Source: Hypanus sabinus (taxonomy: Eukaryota). From it: a DNA stretch of 64,000 nt. The notes beneath the pieces are model-generated. The model ran no database searches, had not been told where the DNA came from, and saw only the letters and a program-made list of their open reading frames with translations. This document shows positions 35,648 to 48,777 of the stretch, in pieces. Position 1 is the first letter of the stretch, and each line of letters opens with the position of its first letter. The position numbers were made by a program, and so were the translations under genes. The DNA lies in NCBI RefSeq assembly GCF_030144855.1, contig NC_082715.1, positions 146,506,001-146,570,000 on the forward strand. Direction: 5' to 3'.

Positions 35648-37028
35648 CCACCGGCAGGTGTCGTGAAATTTGTTGACTTGGCAGTAGCAGTTCAATGTAA
35701 TACATAATAATGTAGATAGCAAAATTAAAATAATCAATAATTACCGTAAACGTAAATGTATATTGAATACATTAAAACATGCAAAAGCAGAAATAATATA
35801 TATTAAGGAAAAGAGAAATAATTACGTAAACGTAAATGTATATTGAATACATTAAAAACATGAAAAAAACAGAAATAATATATATTAAGGAAAAGAGGTA
35901 GTGTCCATGGGTTCAATGTCCATTTAGGAATCGAATGGCGGAGGGGAAGAAGCTGTTCCTGAATCGCTGAGTGTGTGCCTTTAGGCTGCTATGCCTCCTG
36001 ATGGTAGCAGTGAGAAAAGGGGATGCCCTTGGTCCTGGAGGTCCTTGATGATGGACGCTGCCTTTCTGATACACCGCTCCTTGGTATATCCTGAGTACTT
36101 GGTAGGCTAGTACCCAAGATAGAGCCGACTGAAGTTACAACCCTCTGCAGCTTCTTTCGGTCCTGTGCAGTAGCACCCCACCCACCTGCCTTCCCATTGC
36201 GGCCAGTGATATAGCCTGTCAGGATGTTCACAGTACATCTATTGAAGTTTTTGAATGTTTTGTAGACATAACAAATCTCTTCAAACTCCTAATGAAGTAT
36301 AGTCGCTGTTTTGTCTTCTTTATAATTGCATCGATAAATTGAGAGCAGGTTTGGTCCTCGGAGATCTTGACACCTAGGAACTTCAAACTGCTCACTCTCT
36401 CCACTTCTGATCCCTCTGTGAGGATTGGTATGCGTTTCTTCATCTTACACTTCCTGAAGTCCACAATCAGCTCTTTTGTCTGACTGACGCTGAGTGCCAG
36501 GTTATTGCTGCGACACCACTCCATTAGTTGGCATATCTCACTTCTGTATTCGCTCCCTGGTCTCCAACTGAGATTTTGCCAACAATGGTTGTATCATCAG
36601 CAAACTTATAGATGGTATTTCAGCTCTGCCTAACCACGGCCATGATATAGAGAGGGTAGAGTAGTGGGTTGAGCGCACACCCCTGAGGTGGACCAGTGTT
36701 GATAGTCAGAGAGGAGGAGATATTATCACCAATCCCCACAGATTGTGGTCTTCCAGTTAGGAAGTTAATTATCCAATTGCAGAGGAAGGTGCAGAGGCCC
36801 AGATTCTGTAACTTCTCAATCAGGATTGTGGGAATGATGGTATTAAATGCTGAGCTATAGTCAATGAATAGCTTCCTAACATAGGTGTTTGTACTGTCCC
36901 GGTGGTCTAAGGCCGTGTGAAGAGCCATTGAGATTGCTTGCACCTGCCATTGACCTATTGTGACGATAGGCAAGTTGCAGTAGGTCCAGGTCCATGCTGA
37001 GGGAGGAATTCACTCTAGTCATAACCAA
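35648..37028 (-). mobile_element. Rex1-like LINE fragment (paralog of 655-1978)
   Basis: [39 protein letters not shown]; same junction to CR1 as at about 1980. Confidence 0.75.
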
Positions 37029-37031
37029 CCT

Positions 37032-39080
37032 GAAAACTGATGTTCTCAGGTAGATGTACGGAAGAAATGTGGCAAATGTTCGGGGGATATTTCCGTGGAG
37101 TTCTCCATAGGTTCGTTCCAATGAGACAGGGAAAGGATAGTAGGGTACAGGAACCGTGTTGTCCAAAGAATGTTGTAAATCTTGACAAGAATAAAAGAAG
37201 AGCTTTCGAAATGTTCAAAAAACTAGGTAATGAGACGGATCCGGTAGATTATAAGGCTAGCAAGAAGAAGCTTAAGAAAGAAATTAGGAGAGGCAGAGCG
37301 GCCATGAAGAAGACCTTGGCGGACAGGATTAAGGAACACTCCAAATCATTCTTCAAGTATGTGAAGAGTAAGAGGATAAGATCTGAGAGAACAGGACCAA
37401 TCAAATGTGACAGTGGAAAAGTATGTAGAAAAGAGTAGATTATTTTAGTTTGCTTCAGTATCCACTACGGAAAAGGACCTTGACGATTGTGGGGATGACT
37501 TATAGCGCCCTGAAAATCATGAGCATGTAGGTATTAGGAAGAGGATGAGCTGGAGCTTTTGGAAAAGATCACATGGGTTAAGTAACCGGGACCATCCGAG
37601 ATGTATTCCAGGCTACTGTGGGAGGCGGGAGAAGAGATTACTGATCCTCTGGCGATGATCTTTGCATCATCAATGGGGCCGGGAGTGGTTCCCGGGGATT
37701 GGAGGGTTGCTGATGTTCTTCCATTATGCTGGAAAGGGAGTAAAGATAGCCCTGGAAATTATAGACCAGTGTGTCTTAGTCCAGTGGCTGGTAAGTTGAT
37801 GGAGAAGATCCTGAAAGGCAGGATTTATGAACATTTGGAGACGTATAACATGATTAGGAATATTGAGCATGGCTGACTAAATTTTTTGAGGATGTGACTA
37901 AACACATTGATGAAGGTAGAGCAGTAGATGTAGTGTATATGGATTTCAGCAAGGCATTTGACAAGGTACACTATGCAAGGCTTATTGAGAAAGTAAGGAG
38001 ACATGGGATCCAAGGGACGTTGCTTTGAGGATCCAGCAGGCAAAGAGTGGCTGTAGGCGGGTCATATTCTGCATGCAGATCGGTTACCAGTGGCGTGCCT
38101 CGGGGATCAGTTCTGGGACCTCAACTCTGCGTGATTTTTATAAATGATCTTGATGGGACAGTGGACGGATGAGTTAGCAAATTTTCTGACACCAAGGTTG
38201 GTGGTGTTGTGGATAGTGTGGAGGGTTGTTAGATGTTTTAGCGGGACATTGATAGGATGCAAAACTGGGCTGAGAAGTGCCAGATGGAGTTCAACCCAGA
38301 TAAGTATGAGTGGTTCATTTTGGTAGGTCCAATATGATGGCAGAATATGGTATTAATGGTAAAACTCTTGACAGTGTGGAGGATCAGAGGGATCTTGGGG
38401 TCCAAGTCCACAGGACTCTCAAAGCTGCTATGCAGATTGACTCTGTGGTTAAGAAGGCATACTTCATCAATTGTGGGGATTGTGTTTAAGAGGTGAAAGG
38501 TAATGTTGCAGTTATATAGGACCCTGGTCAGACCCCACTTGGAGTACTGTGCTCAGTTCTGGTCATCTCACTACAGGAAGCATGGGGAAACCATGAAAAG
38601 GGTGCAGAGGAGATTTACAAGGAAGTTGCCTGGATTGGGGAGCATGCCTTTTGAGAATACGTTGATTGAACGCTTTTTATCCTTGGAGAGATGGAGGATG
38701 CGAGGTGACCTGGTAGAGGTGTGTAATATGATGAGACCCATTGATCACGTGGATGGTCGGAGGTTTTTCCCAGGGCTGAAGTGTCTAGCATGAGAGGGCA
38801 CAGTTTTAAGGTGCTTGGAAGTAGATACAGAGGAGATGTCAGGGGTAAGTGTTTTATGCAGAAAGTGGCGAGTGCGTGGAATGGGCTGCCGGTGACGGTA
38901 GTGGAGGCGGATACAATAGGGTCTTTTAAGAGACTCCTGGACAGATACATCGAGCTCAGAAATATAGAGGGCTATCGGTGATCGTAGGTAATTCCTAAGG
39001 TAAAGACATGTTCGGCACAGCTTTGCGGGCCGAATGGCCTGCATTGCGCTGTGAGTTTTCTATATTCCTATGTTTTCTGT
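37032..39080 (+). mobile_element. Degenerate CR1 (paralog of 1985-4985)
   Basis: Collinear CR1 RT remnants; same 3' flank CAGGAAyTCGAG..CAAGCATA. Confidence 0.85.
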
Positions 39081-39142
39081 ATTACCAGGAACTCGAGAAC
39101 CAAGCATAATTAGGGAGATGTGTTGAATGCTCTTTCATCAGG

Positions 39143-40378
39143 ATAACCATATAACCATATAACAATCACAGCACGGAAACAGGCCATCTCGGCCCTCCTA
39201 GTCCGTGCCGGACTCTTAATCTCACCTAGTCCCACCTACCCGCACTCAGCCCATAACCCTCCACTCCTTTCCTGTCCATATACCTATCCAATTTTACCTT
39301 AAATGGCACAACTGAACTGGCCTCTACTACTTCTACAGGAAGCTCATTCCACACAGCTATCACTCTCTGAGTAAAGAAATACCCCCTCGTGTTTCCCTTA
39401 TACTTCTGCCCCCTAACTCTCAAATCATGTCCGCTCGTTTGAATCTCCCCTACTCGCAATGGAAACAGCCTATTCACGTCAACTCTATCTATCCCTCTCA
39501 AAATTTTAAATACCTCGATCAAATCCCCCCTCAAACTTCTGCGCTCCAATGAATAGAGACCTAACTTGTTCAACCTTCCTCTGTAACTTAAGTGCTGAAA
39601 CCCAGGTAACATCCTAGTAAATCGTCTCTGCACTCTCTCTAATTTATTGATATCTTTCCTATAATTCGGTGACCAGAACTGCACACAATATTGTAAATTT
39701 GGCCTTACCAATGCCTTGTACAATTTTAACATTACATCCCAACTTCTGTACTCAATGCTTTGATTTATAAAGGCCAGCGTTCCAAAAGCCTTCTTCACCA
39801 CCCTATCTGCATGAGACTCCACATTCAGAGATCTATGCACTGTTATTCCTAGATATCTCTGTTCCTCTGCATTCCTCAATGCCTACCATTTACCCTGTAT
39901 GTTCTATTTGGATTATTCCTGCCAAAATGTAGAATCTCACACTTCTGAGCATTAAACTCCATCTGCCAACTTTCAGCCCATTCTTCTAACCGGCATAAAT
40001 CTCCCTGCAAGTTTCGAAAGCCCACCTCATTATCCACAACACCTCCTACCTTAGTATCATCGGCATACTTACTAATCCAATTTACCACCCCATCATCCAG
40101 ATCATTTATGTATATTACAAACAACATTGGGCCCAAAACAGATCCCTGAGGCACCCGGCTAGTCACCGGCCTCCATTCCAATAAACAATTATCCACCACT
40201 ACTCTCTGGCATCTCCCATCTAGCCACTGTTGAATCCATTTTATTACTCCAGCATTAATACCTAACGACTGAACTTTCTTAACTAACCTTCCATGTGGAA
40301 CTTTGTCAAAGGCTTTGCTGAAGTCCATATAGACTACATCCACTGTCTTACCCTCGTCAACATTCCTCGTAACCATGT
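39143..40378 (-). mobile_element. CR1, 5'-truncated, relatively young
   Basis: ORFs 39876-40376 (DFSKAFDKV, YADDTK) and 39226-39879; (ATAACC) tail. Confidence 0.9.
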
Positions 40379-40502
40379 AAATGGTTTAAATGGTTTTACT
40401 ATCCAGAATAGAGAGGATAGCGGGAACAAAATAAATGTTCGCAATGTGATAGCGACCAAGAGAGAATCAATGGTATATCACATCAAGAGAAAGGTGGTCA
40501 GT

Positions 40503-40770
40503 CCCATTTATTTAGAGATATAACGTGGAAACAGGCCCTTACGCCTAGCTGCCTGCCTTTTTAACACTAGCCTATTCACAGGACAATTTACAATTACCAA
40601 TTAACCTACTAACGGGAATGTCTGTTGATTGTAGGAGGAAACCAGAGCACCCGCAGGAAACCCACATGGTTCTCGGGGAGAACAAACAAACTCTTCACAG
40701 ACGGCGCCAGAACTGAGCTACGAACTGAAAAACCTGGGACTTGTAGCGAGGTGCTACGATACAATGGCGC
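40503..40770 (-). mobile_element. V-SINE (HE1-like); paralogs about 21070-21330 and 50295-50580 on minus, split copy about 42255-42670 on plus
   Basis: Reverse complement contains the V-domain-like core GTGGGTTTCCTGCGGGTGCTCTGGTTTCCTCC and a TCTAAATAAAT tail. Confidence 0.7.
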
Positions 40771-42731
40771 CCAAAAGACACAGACATGGAGAGGTGGAAG
40801 TGAATGCAAAATTTAGATTAAGGATAAAAGATATAAATGGGAAATCCGTCGTGGATCTTCCTCAAGATGAGCATACACCCTCATTGTGTAAATACTGTTA
40901 AGGCAAAGGATGAGCTGTGGGTCATTGCTAAATGCCGAAGGGCATGCTTGTAACAGTAAAGGTGCCGCTAAAAGTAACCACAGGAATTTTTGAGAACACT
41001 CAGCAGGGAAGTGCGCTTATGGGGATGAAGAGGCGTAGCTGGCAATTCATTTCCGAGATCATTCATCAGAATATTCTGATTGCAAGTGTGGGATCTGAAG
41101 CGTAAATTCTGTTCCTGCTTCCACAGACGCTGCTTGAGCCGCCTCGTCTCAGTATGTTCTGTTTATGTTTCAGGTTTCTAGCATCTAACTTTAGTTTTGA
41201 TTATCGTATGAAGAATTAACCCAGTGAAAGTGCAACATAAGATTGCATACATTGAAAATCACTAAAAAGAAACCATCTTTTCAACCGATGTTCGACCTTT
41301 TTCTTACTGAATGTGCGTTGGATGAACGATTGCTATGTTTGATTAGATAGACGAACGTACAAGGTGTCAGATGCTCTGGTGCTTGTCGCAGTAGGGGTAC
41401 GATTGCTGACGTGTAATAAAATTAGGTAGAAGTTGATAAGGATTCTTATTAGAGCAGTGATGTACGTGCGTAACAAAAAGACGACAATGATACTCATTTT
41501 GTGATTATTTAGAGTTAGCATTTGTTTAGGTGTTTATTGATCCTGAGCATGCGTGTGAGGGTGAAGGCCAGAAATTTTTCTCAACAGTGCATTTAAGTTG
41601 CGGATGTTTCCTCCCTGCCACTGAGGTCGTTATCATGATTTCCGTGGCCCAGGCATGCAGAAATCTTCCATCCCATCTCTCCCTCATTGCCGAAACAGTC
41701 CTCATATAAACGTCCATTTTATGCATGCATGTTACGCTTGGCTTAAATTTGGCTCTCCTTGGAAAGCATAAAAATTCTACTGGAAAACCAAATCAATAAG
41801 AACTCCCTGAAGTGAATCCCAGTCAAATCTCTAATCACCTCTTCTCTCTGTTAATAGGTTTAATATTTCTGCAGAGATTTGCAGTCATATTTGAAATTAA
41901 AGTTAGCTGACACAGTTCAGGATTTCTGTAAGCATGCAATCTTTGATTATATTAAATACTGGATTATATTATAGATTTCTTGTTTTAAATCGCATCTAAC
42001 AAGTCAAAGACGAGGAAATATGCAGCAGTACCGACATAGGACTATCTAGCTCACACATCCACATCGACAAGTGTACTAACGGTTTTCAATATTACAATAA
42101 GGTGACCACTCTTCTAAACTAAGGGAAATTTAGGTATTGTATTTATAAATCTCGACGTGGAATTACCCCTACTCTCAGATGCTGAACGGACGAATCCTCT
42201 TCATTTCTTCGCATTCGTATCCATCCTTGGAGGGAGAATTAGACCCTGTTCAAATTGGCCACCACGATAATGTAACGGTTAGCACAATTCTACGATAGCT
42301 CGGGGTATAGGAGTTCGGAGTTCACTCGGTGTGGATGTGTGATACTAATATCGAAGTAGTTCCCAATGAGATCTGACAAATTAAAAGTAAATGGGGAAAC
42401 CTGGAGTGGTGATATTTCATACGATATATTGTGGGTGTTGCGGTGTTGCTGAGCAATAAATCAAAAGAGATGTCTTAAATTTTCTAATTAATTAAAGTAA
42501 GTGATGTGTACGTGAACACGCGGGTTTCCAGGTGCTCCGGTTTCCTCCAAATTCCGAAGATTTACAAATAAATTGTCCTGTGATTAGGCTAGGATTACTA
42601 GGTAGGTTGCTGGGCTGCGAGGCTCACAGCATCGGAAGGGCCTGTTCCACGCTCTGTCTCTAAATAAATAAATGTTGTCTTCAGATGTCGTACTGCTAAG
42701 GTGTGACTGCGCTTAATTTACCATTATAATC

Positions 42732-43746
42732 TGTCATGGTCTGGTCCGAAGCTGCATTCCGGTTCACGGTCTAGTCCGGTCCGCAACTCCGAACTCCGGG
42801 TCCTCCGGCTGTCCATTGTTTTGGATGGACTTAACCATAAGCACCTGATGCTCATCTTGGGGTTGGGAATACAAGTGGCCGTGGGATAGAGTGTGGTTGG
42901 GGGTTCGTCTTGTCAAGATTCCCTAGGAGAAAACGGCCGGTGGAAGGCTAGAACGGCCACTTGCCATCTTTCGGCTGCGTGGGGGAAACATTGCTTCTTG
43001 GAGCCTTGCTGTCAGTAGTCGGAGCTGTCATTGTGGTATGGATTCGGCCGTTTCCCGGGCAGCTGCGGGGCCGTCTGCCACTCCGATCTAGATAGGTATC
43101 CGGTTGTTTCCGTAGCCAGCCAATGTTGCTGGCCGTAACTGCGACTCGGAGCAACCCCTCTGCAGAGATGGAACTGACTGTCGTTCTTCAGTGTTTGTCT
43201 CTTCCAGTCCTCGCACGTGGGGTAAGTCAGGCCGTTCAGCCGTTGCCCTGCGGGGGGAATCTGTCGTGTCTTGTCTTGGTCTCCGTCGGGTAAGTCAGGC
43301 CGTTCTGCCGTTACCCGACGGATAGACCTGCCCTTCTTGGTGTAGAGTGAAATTTGAGTCCCGGCTTGTCGAAGGAGAAGTTCTAGCTCTATGTTGATGT
43401 ACAGTTGCTAGTCTGCCTCCAAGCTCCAGCCTCCGAGTTATGGAAGCCTCAAGACCCCAGCCCCAAGCCTCAAGACCCCAGCCTCAAGCTCCAATAACCC
43501 AGGCCTCGTACCGGCTTCGCCTGGTTTGCGGTCCAAGCCCGAGTCAAGACCCAGGTTCTGGGTCCTTGTCCAGTCTCGGGCTCGGAGTCCACGCCCAGGC
43601 TCTTTGTTCGCAGTCCCTCACCTGGTCCTGCTTCCGTAGCCTAGTCTGCGACCTGGCCCGTCCTTTAGTTTTGTCCCGTCCTGTTCCTAGTACTTCAGTG
43701 TCTGTGTCCTGCATTTGAGTCCATTCCCAACGCCCCCCTTATAACA
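42732..43746. mobile_element. Solo-LTR-like element, 1015 bp
   Basis: TGTCATGG...TTATAACA termini, exact 6-bp TSD ATAATC (42726-42731, 43747-43752); internal short tandem repeats; no coding capacity. Confidence 0.8.
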
Positions 43747-44043
43747 ATAATCATGTCCTGTTGCCCTAACCGCTGATGGTTTTCATCCACATTGACTGTC
43801 GGTGATCCATTTGCAGATCCTAAATTGTCTTCTGATACTGACATTGTGATCTATTGCTTTAATTATCAATTCGTACAGATGGTTACTTCATGTTCAGAAA
43901 GGATATAGGACACCGAAGGGCCTTCTTCTTTGTGTTATAATTCTATGGCTTTCCGACTGCACTTAACCGGCCAGTTCCCCTGTTAGTCTTTGTGCTTTAA
44001 ATTTATATATAAATTTCCGCCACATGGCTTCATCTATCAGATT

Positions 44044-44215
44044 CGATGTCTTCATCTTTCCTCTCCTCCTATCTTCTTGTTCTGCAATTTCCTTCCATCA
44101 TTCCTCTTCCAAAAGAAGGGTCTCGTCCCTGAACGTCAAACTGTTCTTTCATTTCCGGAGATGCTACCTGACCACCTGGGATCTTCCAGCGTTTTGTGTG
44201 TGTTGCTCAGATGCA
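44044..44215 (+). repeat. Common dispersed repeat tail (possibly Penelope-related); relatives near 6735-6840, 21520-21630, 41090-41190, 52640-52770
   Basis: GAAGGGTCTCG...GATGCT...CCAGC(G/A)TTTTGTGTG motif recurring on both strands; family identity uncertain. Confidence 0.4.
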
Positions 44216-44740
44216 TCGAAGGGAAGTGTGCTGACTGGCTGCATCACAGCCTTGTATGGGAACAGCAATGCCTTTGCGTGGAAAAACCTACAACAGGTCG
44301 TGGATTTGACCCAGTACATCCACGCGTAATAAGCTCCCAACCACTGAGTGCATCTACAGGAACCGTTGCCGCAGTAAATCATATCCATCATCAAAGATCC
44401 TCACTTCGCAGGCCAAGCTGTTTTCGCGTTGCCACCATCAGGGACAATGTACAGGTCCCTCAGGACTCGGAACACCGGGTTCAAGAACAGTTACAACCCC
44501 TCGATCATCAGGTTCCTGCACTGTAGTAGATAACTACACTCTTTTAAGGATTCTTTTATCTTGTTATTTCATGCTATTTATTTATTATCTGCATTTGCAC
44601 AGTTTGTTTACAGTTTGTAGATCATAATGTTCAAAGTTTACAGATTCTGTTTACTGCTGCTGTTCCAAAGATTTGCTAAATATGGGCAGAGAAAAAGAAT
44701 CTCAGGGTTGTATGTGGGGACGGGAATGTACTCTGATAAC
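44215..44740 (+). mobile_element. Rex1-like 3' fragment (paralog at about 50740-51070; related fragment 233-490)
   Basis: SVLTGCITALYGN...LQQVV motif; UTR ending GAAAAAGAATCTCAGGGTTGTATGTGG. Confidence 0.65.
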
Positions 44741-46439
44741 ACACTTTACTTTGAAGCTTTTACTTTTGAACTTAATGACTAAATGAGTCCTGCCATTCCT
44801 TGACCCAAATGCTGCACCATACATTATGACCTGAAGATATTTCAATTATCTCTGCATTGTTCTACATGGATTACAATCAAGGAATAGCTGAGCCAGAAGG
44901 TTCTCCGGAAACATTAGTAGACCAAAGGTTGTGTTTCAAAATCTGTATACTGCAAACTGATTCCACCTCTCACTGTTTTCAAATTGAACTGGCAACCTGA
45001 AATGTCACTCATCTCTCTGACCTGGAACAGAGAGGAATTTCTACATCACAACAAACACGACTTAAGCATTTACAGTGCTCAACTTCCACCTTCCTCTCAA
45101 GTTTGATAAATGCCCATCTCTGTTTTTGTCACTTATAGGCCTCAGTTCTGAATGTTTTTTATTACTGCACATCGATTATCACCAATAATCCCAGGCAGAT
45201 TAGTAACTCATCACTAAATGCCTCATCTAACTCCACATACACGCGTTGAAATGTCTCTGCAAATGCCTGGAGCTGTCAATATACTCTGAAAATCATGAGC
45301 AATTCGCACCAGGCTGTGCATTCTGGAATCAAATCTATTGGCTGCAATTCCTTTGCCAAATCTCCTATTACTCACTTTAATTGACAACCTTCAGTACCAG
45401 TGTCTGACAAGATTGTTGTCATCCTACCCTATAATACGTAATGTGCTGGCCATCACATCTAGAACAAACATACAAATTCAACAGTTAAAAACTATTCACA
45501 CACTATGTGGCAATTTGGAAGCTAGATTAAATAGCTTGCCACAATTTCTGTATGTAACTATGTCCAACAAAATGAAACGGAATCTTGAATAAACACAAAT
45601 GTTTAATGCAACCGAAGAAAACATACGTAACTCGTGAGTTATAAGTAAAAAATCACGTGGAACCGTGAAATGTATAATAGTTATAAATATTATAATAGCT
45701 AGAAATCCTTAGATGTATGCTCCTCTGCCGCGATTTGCAGGACAAAATGCTGTCCGGTGTGATGAAACTTGGCAGTACTTTCTCGACAAGCATAGTCACG
45801 ATGGAATAAGCCATAGGACATAAGATAAAGGTGCAAAATAAAGTTATGTGGTCTATCGACTCTATTCTGTAAATTCAAACATGTGTGATTTTCTAACTCA
45901 ATTCTCCCACATTCTCCCCGAAACCCCGAAAGCTTTCCCAATCAGGTACCTACTATTTTGCCCTAAATCCTCCTATTAACGTGGACTGAAAAGCTGGGTA
46001 TGGCAGAGTTACTGAATTACCACACTGTCTGAGTAAATTCCTCTTCATCTCAGTTTCAAAGGAACATTCCTTTATTCTGAGGCTATGTGCTTGTATCCTA
46101 GTCTCCTTACTGATGGAAACATCAGCACGTCCATTCTATCTAAGCCTTTCACTCTCCCATACGTTACATTGACATCTCCCCTCACTGAGTACAGGAAGAG
46201 AGACAACTATCGCGTCTCACAGGCTAAGTCTTTCATTTTTGAGATTGAATGTCCCCTCTTTTGTGTGCTAATTTTTCTTTTGTTCTTTTGAGCATTAATT
46301 CTTCCTCTGAAGTCGTATCTTTGGTGATAATGTTTTAGCTAAATGTTTAAAAATGGCCAAGTTAAATGGCCAAGTTGAACAAATGTATGTGGAAGCACTG
46401 AACTTCCTGAAGAAGGGTCTCAGCTCGAAACGTGGACTA

Positions 46440-47115
46440 TCTATACATTTCATGCATACGGGTACAGCAAGCAGTGAAGAAAGCTAATGGCATGTTGGCC
46501 TTCATAACAAGTGGGGTTGAGTGTAGGAGCAAAGATGTCCTTCTGCAGTTGTACATGGCCCGGGTGAGACCACACCTGAAGTATTGTGTTCAGTTTTGGT
46601 CTCCAAATTTGAGGAAGGACATTCTTACTATTGAGGGGGTGCAGCGTAGGTTCACAAGGTTGATTTCCGGGCTGGCGGGAATGTCATATGTTGAAGGATT
46701 GGAGCGACTGGGCTTGTATACACTGGAACTTAGAAGAATGAGAGGGAATCTGATTGAAACATATAAGATTATTAAGAGATTGGAGGCAGGAACCATGTTC
46801 CCGATGTCGGGGGAGTCCAGAACCAGAGGCCACAGTTTAAGACTAAGGGGTAGGCCACATAGAACAGAGTGGAGGAAAATCTTTTTCATTCAGAGAGTTG
46901 TGGATCTATGGAATGCACTGCCTCAGAAGGCAATAGAGGCCAATTCTCTGGATGCTTTCAGGAAAGAATTAGATAGAGCTCTTAAAGATAGCGGAGTCAA
47001 GGGATATCGGGAGAAGGCAGGAACGGGGTACTGATTGTGGATGATCAGCCATGATCACATTGAATGGCGGTGCTGGCTCGAAGTGCCGAATGGCCTACTC
47101 CTGCACCTATTGTCT
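46440..47115 (+). mobile_element. CR1 3' fragment
   Basis: ORF 46432-47034 with RPHLKYCVQFWSP; tail CCTACTCCTGCACCTATTGTCTATTG. Confidence 0.88.
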
Positions 47116-47475
47116 ATTGACATAATATCATTGAGCCCTTGAGCATGGGTGGGTGGGGCAATATCTCTCCAACTAAGAAGAATTAAGCGTCTAGCCAAAA
47201 GTGAGGAAAAAGATAATGTTCGACGTTTAGTTAGACTCAAATGTCTCACCCAAGGTACCAAAAAGAGCAATCAGAGGGTTAGGCTCTTAGTGGCAATTAA
47301 GAATATGAGATAAAGTTAATAAAAAAAGTCTCTCCAAAATTTCTCTAGACTAGGCCAGGCCCAGTACATATGGATAAGAGAAGCCTCGCCGCCTTTACAC
47401 TTGTCACAAACAGGACAAAATCGGGACAATTTAGATTTAGACAAGTGAGCCCTATGTAGAAGCTTAACCTGTAAA
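47115..47475 (-). mobile_element. L1-like ORF2 C-terminal fragment
   Basis: LHRAHLSKSKL..CDKCK...SLIHMYWAWP and LLARRLILLSWRD motifs. Confidence 0.7.
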
Positions 47476-47479
47476 AAGT

Positions 47480-48750
47480 AGTGGCGAGAGCATGGCTTTG
47501 TGAAAGGGAGGCTGTACATGACGAGCCTGACTAAATTTTTTAAGGATGTGACTAAACAGATTGATGAAGGTAGAGTAGTAGAAGTAGTGTGCATGGATTT
47601 CAGCAAGGCATTTCACAAGGTACACTAGGCAAGTCTTACTGAGAAAGTAAAGAGGCATGGGATCCAAGGGGACATTGTTTTGTGGATCCAAGACTGACGT
47701 CTCCACAGAAGGAAAAGAATGGTTATAGACGGATCATATTCTGCATGGAGGTCGGTCACCAGTGCTGTGCCTCGAGGATCAGTTCTGGAACCCCAAATGA
47801 TCTGGATGAGTAAGTGAAATGATGGGTTAATAAATTTTCTGATGACACCAAGGTTGGGGGTGTTGTGGATAGTGTGGACGGCTGTTAGAGGTTATAGCAG
47901 GACATTGATAGGGTGCTAAACTGGGCTGAGAAGTGGCAGATGGAGTTCGACCCAGATAAGTGTGAGGTGGTTCATTTTGGTAGCTCAAATATGATGGCAG
48001 AATATATTATTAATGGTAAGACTCTTGGCAGTGTGGAGGATCAGAGGGATCTTGGGGTCCGAGTCCATAGGACACTCAAAGCTCTTGTGTAGGTTGACTC
48101 TGTGGTTAAGAAGGTATGTTGTGCATTGGCTTTCATCAATCGTGGGATTGAGTTTAAGAACGAGGGGTAATATTGCAGCTATATAGGACCCTGGTCAGAC
48201 GCCACTTGGAGAATTGTGCTCGGTTTTGGTCGCCTCACTACAGAAATAATGTAGAAACAATAGAAAGGATGAACGGGAGATTTACAAGTATATTGCCTCG
48301 ATTGGGGAGCATGTCTTATGAGAATAGGTTGAGAAAACTCGGCCTTTTTTAATTGGAGCGACTGGGGATGAGAGGTGACCAGATAGAGGTGTATAATATG
48401 ATGAGAGGCATTGATCATGTGGATAGTCAGAGGCTTTTCCCACGGCAAACGTGTCTAGCATGAAAGGGAACAGTTTTAAAGTCCTTGGAAGGAGGTACAG
48501 AGGAGATGTCAGGGGTAAGTTTTTACGCAGAGATTGGTGAGTGCGTGGAATGGGCTTCCGACGACGGTGGTGGAGGCGGATACGATAGGGTCTTTTAAGA
48601 GACTCCTGGACAGATACATCGAGCTCAGAAATATAGAGGGCTATGGGTACCCCAAGGAAATTCCTAAGGTAAGGGCATGTTCGCCACAGCTTTGTGGGTC
48701 GAAGGGCCTGTATTGTGCTGCAGGTTTTCTATGTTTCTATGTTTTCTATA
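47480..48750 (+). mobile_element. Degenerate CR1 (third paralog of the 3' half of 1985-4985)
   Basis: Collinear with about 3710-4985 and 37870-39080; same 3' flank. Confidence 0.82.
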
Positions 48751-48777
48751 TTCTCAGGAATTCGAGAACCAAGCATA

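Larger units (their letters stand above)
40379..46430. repeat. Segmental duplication of inter-cluster spacer blocks (matches about 50185-52680 and 20940-21740)
   Basis: 40379-40900 matches 50185-50735; 44420-46430 matches 50740-52680; 46320-46430 matches 6660-6760. Confidence 0.85.

Noticed and set aside
41300-42240. Unique region in the ghost unit, checked for Ig exon remnants
   Set aside because: No leader, YYC/WYQQ, FGxG or C1 motifs recognised on either strand.
42255-42340. tRNA-like sequence
   Set aside because: Degenerate head of a V-SINE whose body follows at about 42510; no intact cloverleaf.
43440-43500. Short tandem repeats (CAAGCC../CAAGACCCCAG) that could resemble a CRISPR or switch-region array
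   Set aside because: Irregular low-copy repeats inside an LTR-like element, with no spacer architecture; eukaryotic context.
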